A stretch of DNA of 64,000 nucleotides from Candidatus Bathyarchaeia archaeon (lineage in GTDB: Archaea > Thermoproteota > Bathyarchaeia > Bathyarchaeales > Bathycorpusculaceae), in the NCBI GenBank assembly GCA_050010755.1, contig JBEKKK010000001.1:128001-192000 (forward strand), read 5' to 3'. The notes below the pieces were generated by a model. The model searched no databases. It was not told where the DNA came from and saw only the letters and a list, made by a program, of their open reading frames with translations. The translations under genes and the position numbers were made by a program. This document shows, one piece after another, positions 57,384 through 64,000 of this stretch; positions within the stretch are counted from its first letter, which is position 1, and each line of letters starts with the position of its first letter.

Positions 57384-58340
57384 ATGCGTAAACTTTTTCT
57401 GACGTTCGACACTGAAGATTTCATCAGCAACAACTCTATCCCAGTTTTGAAATGGATTCTCGAACAACTCAGAAAGCATGATTTGATAGCGCTCTTCTTC
57501 ATAACTGGCAACATGGCTGAAAAGCTTCAAAACTCCCCAGCTGTCGTGGACCTCCTCAGCGAACATCAAATAGGCTACCACGCATCCAGCCATTCAGTCC
57601 GCCCTGCAATCTTCGAATTCACCGACGTCGAAAACTACCAGCAAGCCCGCAAAATCTCCCTCGAAAGAGAAACGGCAAGCATCAACCCCTTAACAGGAGA
57701 AATCGAAGGCAAAGGAGGAATTCTCCTTCTAAGAGAACTATTTCCTCACAGACAAATAGCGTCCTTTAGAGCTCCAGGACATTGCTGGACGCCACCTCAC
57801 TTGGAGGCACTTAGAACTCTAGGCATAACCTTCGATTTTTCCACCAACCTTTCATCGACAACTATCAACTTTGAAGGCACAACTTTCTACTCTTATCCTA
57901 CCCTCGGTCATTGGGAAGGGAAAAGATGGGAATATCGTCGCCTACTTACATCTGTACTCAAGAAGAAACTGATTGTTTTGACATGCCATCCAAGCCTGCT
58001 GGTCAACAAAACCGCATGGGATTCAATTTATTTCTACTCCAACCCGAAGACGCTTACTTCACCCTCCCCAAGGACCCCTGCAGAAGCAAGACACTTGCTT
58101 CACAACTTCGATTCGTTGCTCAGCAACATCTCAACACTGCGTAAAATGCAGATCATCAACACAACACCAAAACTGGAATCAACGAACAATACCTTGAAAC
58201 TCACCGACTCAGGCATTAGAGAATGCTACAACTGGAGTATGAGGTGGGCAATAAGTCTCCACCATCATCCAAAATTCATCTTTAACCATTTCTTGGAATA
58301 CTTCAAACAAACACGTTCCAGCGACCCGAGAGCGGAGTGA
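57384..58340 (+). CDS. Polysaccharide deacetylase (paralog of 39526-40479)
   Basis: LTFDTED, IGYHASSH, INPLTGEIEGKGGI, FRAP, HP. Confidence 0.85.
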   Translation: MRKLFLTFDTEDFISNNSIPVLKWILEQLRKHDLIALFFITGNMAEKLQNSPAVVDLLSEHQIGYHASSHSVRPAIFEFTDVENYQQARKISLERETASINPLTGEIEGKGGILLLRELFPHRQIASFRAPGHCWTPPHLEALRTLGITFDFSTNLSSTTINFEGTTFYSYPTLGHWEGKRWEYRRLLTSVLKKKLIVLTCHPSLLVNKTAWDSIYFYSNPKTLTSPSPRTPAEARHLLHNFDSLLSNISTLRKMQIINTTPKLESTNNTLKLTDSGIRECYNWSMRWAISLHHHPKFIFNHFLEYFKQTRSSDPRAE

Positions 58341-58438
58341 ACGAAACATCCTAAGCAAGAGTTAAGAACTACGTTCGCAACTATTGGAAACAAATTATCC
58401 TTAATAGATTTCGCAAAGAAAGCAAGAAGGACCCTACA

Positions 58439-59338
58439 ATGAGTCTCGTCGGTTTTACCAAAGTATCAAACAACACAGTAGACTCGATCAGACAAGCCAT
58501 TCTCGATTGCCTAGCTACCATCAACTACTCATTTGTTAAAGAAGCCAAAAACGTCGTCATCAAACCCAACCTCTGCTATTACTGGGACTACACTACTGGT
58601 CAAACAACAGATCCAAAATTCACAGGCGCCTTAATCGAAGCAATCCGCAAGAAAACGATAGTTAGAGAAATATCCCTGGTGGAATCCGACGCCTCAGCCA
58701 TGAAATGCAAGCACATTTTCAAAATGATGGGTTACGACAAACTCGCAGAAGAATACAACGTCAAACTCGTCGACCTTTCAGAAGACCCCTGCGAAACTGT
58801 CAAAGTCACTGTCGACAACCACCCATTCACTATCAAAGTGCCCAAAACGATAAGAGACGCAGACTTGAAAATCAACGTGCCAAAAATAAAATACACCATG
58901 GAAGAAATCAAAATCACCTGCGCATTGAAAAACATCTTCGGCTGCAACCCCTACCCTAAAAAATTCCAGTATCATCCCAGACTGGGAGAAATAATAGTTG
59001 CAGTAAACAAAGCCATGAAATTCGATCTCTGCATCATAGACGCCAACACAGTCTCAGGCATCCAACCCCGCAGACTTGGACTTGTCATGGCCAGCAAAGA
59101 CCCAGTGGCAATCGACTCGGCAGCCGCAAAAATAGCCGGAGTCAGACCCAGCAGCATGAAATACCTTCAACTGGCACAAAAAGAAGGCTTGGGAACAACT
59201 TCGTACACTGCAAGGGGCATTACCCCAACCTATTTCCATCAAAGGTATCCAAGGAAAAAAGCAATGAACAAAGTCATGGCCAAAGCATATCTTCTCATAA
59301 CTCGTCTGAAATTGGGCAAGAGGATCGGGCTAGAATAA
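58439..59338 (+). CDS. DUF362 domain protein
   Basis: VIKPN, TTDP, ES, INVPK.K, TCALKN.FG, DPVA.D. Confidence 0.85.
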   Translation: MSLVGFTKVSNNTVDSIRQAILDCLATINYSFVKEAKNVVIKPNLCYYWDYTTGQTTDPKFTGALIEAIRKKTIVREISLVESDASAMKCKHIFKMMGYDKLAEEYNVKLVDLSEDPCETVKVTVDNHPFTIKVPKTIRDADLKINVPKIKYTMEEIKITCALKNIFGCNPYPKKFQYHPRLGEIIVAVNKAMKFDLCIIDANTVSGIQPRRLGLVMASKDPVAIDSAAAKIAGVRPSSMKYLQLAQKEGLGTTSYTARGITPTYFHQRYPRKKAMNKVMAKAYLLITRLKLGKRIGLE

Positions 59339-59354
59339 ACGTGGGGTCGAGACA

Positions 59355-60341
59355 CTGAAGAAAGTTGGTCTAGGCATAATCGGCCTCGGATACATCGGAA
59401 GCACTCACCTGAGACACAGCCTCAAACTCCCAAACGTGAACGTCGTCGGAGTCTCAGACGTATCAAAAAAAGCTCTCAACAAGGCCAGGAATGCCGGCGT
59501 CAAGAAAGCATACACAGACTACAAAGATCTTCTAAAACAACCAGAAATCGACGCAGTAATAATCGCTTTGCCAACCCACTTTCACCTTCAATGCGCAACA
59601 GAAGCCGCCGAAGCGAAGAAACAAATCTTTCTCGAAAAACCGATTGCAAGAAACCTTGAAGAAGCAAACGCGATAATCTCAGCCTCCAAGAGAAACTCTG
59701 TGAAACTCATGATCGGTTACCCACTAAGATTCAAAACAGATTTTATCGAGCTAAGAAAAAAAATCCTCAGCGGCATTTTTGGTGAAATAGAAATCGCACA
59801 TGCAACCTACGTCGGATGTGGGCCATTTTTCCACAGAGCCGAGGGATACGCTCCCGTCCCCGTACCCGAATGGTGGTTCAACAAAGAACTAACAGGAGGC
59901 GGTGCACTCATCGACGTGGGCATCCACCTAATCAACATCCTCCGATGGTACTTCGGCGAAATAACGGACATAAAAGGCCAACTGGGGCACAGACTCAACA
60001 TGGACATGGAAGACAGCGCCCTCTGCATAGGCAAATTCGATTCGGGCGTCAGGGCAGTCATAACTGCAGGGTGGTTTAGCCAGAAGAATCGAGTGGAACT
60101 CAAACTCTTCGGAACCGTTGACCACGCCGACACGCAGCAACGCCTCCAAAACCCCTTGAACACTGCGCTCCAAGTGTTTGCAACAGGGACCTCAAAATAT
60201 TTCCAACCGCATTTCGCTGAACTGGGATATTTCGCACACTGCGTAAGCAGAGACCTAAATCCGTCACCTTCAGGCGAAGATGGACTGAAAGACTTACAAG
60301 CAATTTTACTAGCATACAAGAACCAAATAAGCCTCCAATAA
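59355..60341 (+). CDS. Gfo/Idh/MocA family oxidoreductase
   Basis: KKVGLGIIGLGYIG Rossmann motif lies upstream of the track start (59436), which implies a CTG start at 59355. Also ALPT..H, EKPIA, GGGALID.G.H. Confidence 0.92.
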   Translation: MKKVGLGIIGLGYIGSTHLRHSLKLPNVNVVGVSDVSKKALNKARNAGVKKAYTDYKDLLKQPEIDAVIIALPTHFHLQCATEAAEAKKQIFLEKPIARNLEEANAIISASKRNSVKLMIGYPLRFKTDFIELRKKILSGIFGEIEIAHATYVGCGPFFHRAEGYAPVPVPEWWFNKELTGGGALIDVGIHLINILRWYFGEITDIKGQLGHRLNMDMEDSALCIGKFDSGVRAVITAGWFSQKNRVELKLFGTVDHADTQQRLQNPLNTALQVFATGTSKYFQPHFAELGYFAHCVSRDLNPSPSGEDGLKDLQAILLAYKNQISLQ

Positions 60342-60575
60342 ACCGTGCCATATCACTACCCGCGCTAGTTTCCATCGCCCATTAGGAAAAGACGGATTCA
60401 AAGACCTAGAAAAACATTATCATGGCTTACGAGCACGCGCCAGAAGCCAGAGAATGAGACGAACTACGCGCCCCAGGATTGGGGCTCTGTCAACATCATA
60501 TTCAAAGGTGATTTTGTGTGAGAAGCAGGCAAGCGCGCTGCGTCGCATGTTGACAATTGGCAATGTCAAGGATAA

Positions 60576-61703
60576 ATGCAGATGAGAATAAGCGAGGTTG
60601 ACAATTTCAACGATTTTGCAACGTTGAAAGACACTTGGAACAATCTCCTACAGCGAAGCAGTCACACTGTATTCTCAACGTGGGAGTGGCTTTCCACATG
60701 GTGGAGGCATTTCGGAAATGGCAGACGCCTCCTGATACTGTTAGCAGAGGAAGATAACAGGCTCATTGGAATAGCCCCCCTCATGTTTTCTGTCCATTCA
60801 ATGTTCGGCCTTCGCAAAGGAACGATAGAATTTCTGGGATCCGGTCCTGTAATCGCGGGCGCGCGCTTTGTAAACTACTCTGATTTCATAATAGAGAACA
60901 AACACGAAAAATGCCTACCCCTCTTTTTTGATTACCTGGACAATCTACAGGAAAAATGGAGTGATGTTGAACTAACGAATATTCCGGGAAAACAAGACTC
61001 CCTGTCACGCCTAAATCAAGTGACAAATAACATAAAGCCTGTGTACCCGTCCCTTCATATTCCGCTCCCAGCAACAAGTGATGCGCTTCTAAAGAGTCTC
61101 AAACACAAGGACAAAAAAGAACTAGGACGATACTCAAGACGGCTTAAAAAAAGCGGCCTTAAAAATGAACTAGTTGATTGTTCCAAAATACAATTAACAT
61201 CGAATGGAATGAAGATGCTTTTTGCTCTCAACCAAAAAAGATGGAACGCAAAAGGGTTGCCAGGTGCCTTCACCGATCCAAATCTCTGCAGTTTTTATTT
61301 GGATATAGCAGAATGTTTCTCACAAAAAGGATGGTTGGGGCTGTACTGCCTCAACCTCTCTGGAAAAACGGTAGGCGTGTTGTATGGTTTCAGATACATG
61401 GGTAAATATTATGCTTACAAAACGGGTATGGACCCGGCATACCGTCACTTCAATGTTGGCAATCTCCTATTCTTAAATGTCATGGAGGAATGCATTAGAG
61501 ATGGATTGACCGAATTCGATTTCATGTGGGGAACAGAAGCCTATAAGATGCAATGGAAAACCTCCAAAAGATGGAACTATGAAGCAATTGTCCCCAAAAA
61601 GAGACCCTTTGGCGGTTTCAAGTATTTACTTTACAACTGGTACTGGTACCAAGGAAAACGACTTGAATATTTTCAAAGAAGGTTGCTGAAAAGGAGTCAA
61701 TAG
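60576..61703 (+). CDS. GNAT acyltransferase, CelD/BcsL-like (paralog of 53853-54959)
   Basis: HTVFSTWEWL.TWW.HFG, GIAPLM.SVH.MFGLR, GMDP, FDFMWG.E.YK. Confidence 0.88.
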   Translation: MQMRISEVDNFNDFATLKDTWNNLLQRSSHTVFSTWEWLSTWWRHFGNGRRLLILLAEEDNRLIGIAPLMFSVHSMFGLRKGTIEFLGSGPVIAGARFVNYSDFIIENKHEKCLPLFFDYLDNLQEKWSDVELTNIPGKQDSLSRLNQVTNNIKPVYPSLHIPLPATSDALLKSLKHKDKKELGRYSRRLKKSGLKNELVDCSKIQLTSNGMKMLFALNQKRWNAKGLPGAFTDPNLCSFYLDIAECFSQKGWLGLYCLNLSGKTVGVLYGFRYMGKYYAYKTGMDPAYRHFNVGNLLFLNVMEECIRDGLTEFDFMWGTEAYKMQWKTSKRWNYEAIVPKKRPFGGFKYLLYNWYWYQGKRLEYFQRRLLKRSQ

Positions 61704-61706
61704 CGT

Positions 61707-62858
61707 GTGCGCATAAAACATAGGGTTTCGATTCAGGTAATTTCTAATATTGAGGGCTTACTTAAGATTGAGTACCAATGGAACACTTTAGTCAACAAGT
61801 CCTCAAACAACCCATTTTTACTAAGCGAATTTGCCAGGCAATTCATACAGCAAGGCTCGAGAGTTTGGGCTCCAATGATCCTCACAATTTCAGATAACCA
61901 AACAATCATAGGTATAGCTCCATTGAAAACGAGGAAGAACTTTACAGGTCGTCATGTCGATTTCTTGCATCCATTATGGTTTTCGGATTTCATTTTTGAC
62001 GAGCAGCACAGAAACGCATGTATTAAGTACACCTTTGACTTTTTGTTCAATACACTGAAGTGCGGCTATGCCAGCTTAATTCTTCCCGGCGACTCTCCAA
62101 ATCTCGAACTTCTAGAACAACAATGCAAAGTCAAAAAGATACATCTGAAAGCCACGCCTGAAATGGGGCGCAGAATTATCCCCGTAACATCTACCATTTG
62201 GGCCGAGTTTGAAGCATTACGAAAAGGGAAATTTAGAAAAGAGCTCAAGAGGAGAGAGCGAAATCTTAACAAAGCGGGTTCATGGACAACGATGTGCGTC
62301 GAGGGAAACGAAAAATCGGACATTTTTGAGAAAATCCTCAATGTTGAAAGGAAAAGCTGGAAACAAAAATGGCGGGTTCAAAGCGGAACCGGACCCGATT
62401 CGCTTTTGCTAGTAGTCCTGAAAGCAGCACAACGATTAGCCAAAATCGAACCAAGTTTCAAATGGAACACTTGGTTCATGGAACTCAACGGCAAAACAAT
62501 AGCCTATACAATAGTAATAGAGTACAAAGGAATCGCCTACATAGTGAAAACGTCGTATGACGAAAACTACAAGAGGCTCTGCCCCGGAATAGTCATCCAA
62601 AACTCAGTCATCCAAGGACTGCTCACCAAAGGACAAAGGAGTTACATAGATTTCATTTCAGATCTTCCTTACCAGAAAACATGGACCAGCAAATGCCTCC
62701 CTCGTGTCAAAGTCCAGCTCACCAAGGGTGCAATGCCTATCATTATACAAAGCTTTAAAGACGCAATCGCCGAAAAAGTCTTTTCTCGTTTTGTCCCATT
62801 CTTGAACCGCCAATCTTCTCGCAGCTCAATAGACGCGGATCAGAATCTTATCGCTTAA
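61707..62858 (+). CDS. GNAT acyltransferase, CelD/BcsL-like
   Basis: W..L....NPFL, GIAPL, E..SWK, KTSYDE.Y..L.PG, IDF....PY.K.W. Confidence 0.82.
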   Translation: MRIKHRVSIQVISNIEGLLKIEYQWNTLVNKSSNNPFLLSEFARQFIQQGSRVWAPMILTISDNQTIIGIAPLKTRKNFTGRHVDFLHPLWFSDFIFDEQHRNACIKYTFDFLFNTLKCGYASLILPGDSPNLELLEQQCKVKKIHLKATPEMGRRIIPVTSTIWAEFEALRKGKFRKELKRRERNLNKAGSWTTMCVEGNEKSDIFEKILNVERKSWKQKWRVQSGTGPDSLLLVVLKAAQRLAKIEPSFKWNTWFMELNGKTIAYTIVIEYKGIAYIVKTSYDENYKRLCPGIVIQNSVIQGLLTKGQRSYIDFISDLPYQKTWTSKCLPRVKVQLTKGAMPIIIQSFKDAIAEKVFSRFVPFLNRQSSRSSIDADQNLIA

Positions 62859-62912
62859 CTCCGTCAAGAAATCGAGCGCACGCGGCCCTATATTGCTGGA
62901 GCTAGAAAGCAC

Positions 62913-64000
62913 ATGGAAAAAGCGTTTGAGATTGGAAAGACTTCCGCTACTGGAAGCTTTCAACTGCTCATAGGCGTGGCCACGTCCACCATAATCATGG
63001 CCGCAGGAGCTCTAATCCTAGGCAAACTCCTCACGAGCGATGAACTTGGGCTGTACGGGATCGTGTTGGTCCCGTCTACCCTGATAAACTTGGTCAGAGA
63101 CTGGGGAATAAACTCCGCCATGACCAAGTACATCGCCACTTTCAGAGCTTCAGGCAAAGATGAAGAAATCCACGACATCATCATCGCAGGGCTAACCTTC
63201 GAAGTTGCGTCCGGCCTTGCCCTGTCATTCCTCTCCTTGCTCTTAGCCAGCTTCATCGCCACATTTGCCTTTCACAGGCCAGAATCCGCATCCTACATAG
63301 CCATAGTTTCGGCCTCGATAATCTCAGGAGCGCTGCTCGCAGCCTCCCAATCCGTCTTCGTAGGGTTCGAAAGGATGAAACTCTACAGCTTCACCCAAAT
63401 CTGCCAATCAATAGTAAAAACCTTGGTGAGCCTAACCCTTGTCATCCTAGGATACGCCGTCCTAGGAGCAGTGATCGGCTACACACTGGGCTTCGTAGCC
63501 GCAGCAGTCATCGGATTAGCTATCTTCTATTTCTTCCTGTTCAGGCCTCTCAGAAAAAGGGCCACAGGAAACTCTAACATAACCAAAACGCTCAGAACAA
63601 TGCTAAACTACGGGGTGCCCCTCTCAATAGCCTCCATCCTCGGCGGCGTCCTCGCACAAATCTACTCTTTCATGATAATCCCCCTGACGACTAACGCCAT
63701 GTACGGCAATTATACGATAGCACTCTACTTCACCGTCCTCCTAACCTTTGTCACCGCTCCGATAGCAACGGTGCTGTTCCCAGCGTTCGCAAAGCTGGAC
63801 CGACAGAGCGAGCACGAACTTCTAAAAAACGTCTTTGCATCTTCAGTCAAGTACGCGTCTATATTGCTAGTTCCGTTCACGATGGTCATAATGGTACTAT
63901 CGGGCCCGATTATCGGCACCCTTTACGGGGGCAAATACCCCTCTGCGCCCCTCTTCCTAACCCTGTACGTCATAAGCAACTTGTTCGTCATCTTCGGCAG
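62913..64000 (+). CDS. Oligosaccharide flippase (Wzx/MOP family), truncated by the window end
   Basis: Open frame from ATG 62913 (MEKAFEIGKTSATGSFQL...LGKLL...LGLY...DWGINSAMTKYIA...F.GFERM...L.YG.PL...LFPAF). Absent from the ORF track because it has no stop in the window. Confidence 0.88.
   Translation, partial: MEKAFEIGKTSATGSFQLLIGVATSTIIMAAGALILGKLLTSDELGLYGIVLVPSTLINLVRDWGINSAMTKYIATFRASGKDEEIHDIIIAGLTFEVASGLALSFLSLLLASFIATFAFHRPESASYIAIVSASIISGALLAASQSVFVGFERMKLYSFTQICQSIVKTLVSLTLVILGYAVLGAVIGYTLGFVAAAVIGLAIFYFFLFRPLRKRATGNSNITKTLRTMLNYGVPLSIASILGGVLAQIYSFMIIPLTTNAMYGNYTIALYFTVLLTFVTAPIATVLFPAFAKLDRQSEHELLKNVFASSVKYASILLVPFTMVIMVLSGPIIGTLYGGKYPSAPLFLTLYVISNLFVIFG

Overview
Archaeal chromosomal segment, most likely Bathyarchaeia (inferred from gene order, frequent TTG/GTG starts and family content). 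480-9284 (minus) is the conserved proteasome-exosome superoperon: psmA, SBDS, rrp4/41/42, rpl37ae, pcc1, prefoldin beta, DUF3194-like and a DHH nuclease, running into an ECF transporter module. 9.4-24.4 kb holds accessory and stress genes: flavodiiron protein, hemerythrin-PAS protein, NfeD-stomatin, a PEF-CTERM metalloprotease, nitroreductases, a DNA glycosylase and a class II aldolase. From about 24.6 kb to the window end lies a large surface-glycan/EPS locus with three wHTH regulators, DUF1616/DUF2206, seven GT2, two GT4, deacetylases, GNATs and a flippase. The best candidate for an undescribed system is inside this locus: hemA, hemL and a HemB homologue with an intact P-site but a remodelled A-site, together with a divergent PaaK-like CoA ligase, Eis-like acyltransferases, a radical SAM enzyme and de-N-acetylases, with no hemC/hemD in the window. 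This suggests an ALA-derived, probably pyrrole, acyl decoration of a cell-surface glycan. Non-coding signals are a ~255-bp dispersed element (palindrome + A-tract + G-string) in two inverted copies, a saw-tooth GT/AC strand skew, and alternating purine-pyrimidine (GCGCGC-like) tracts at gene junctions. No rRNA, tRNA, CRISPR array or transposase was recognised. All assignments are by eye from motifs, with no database searches run.
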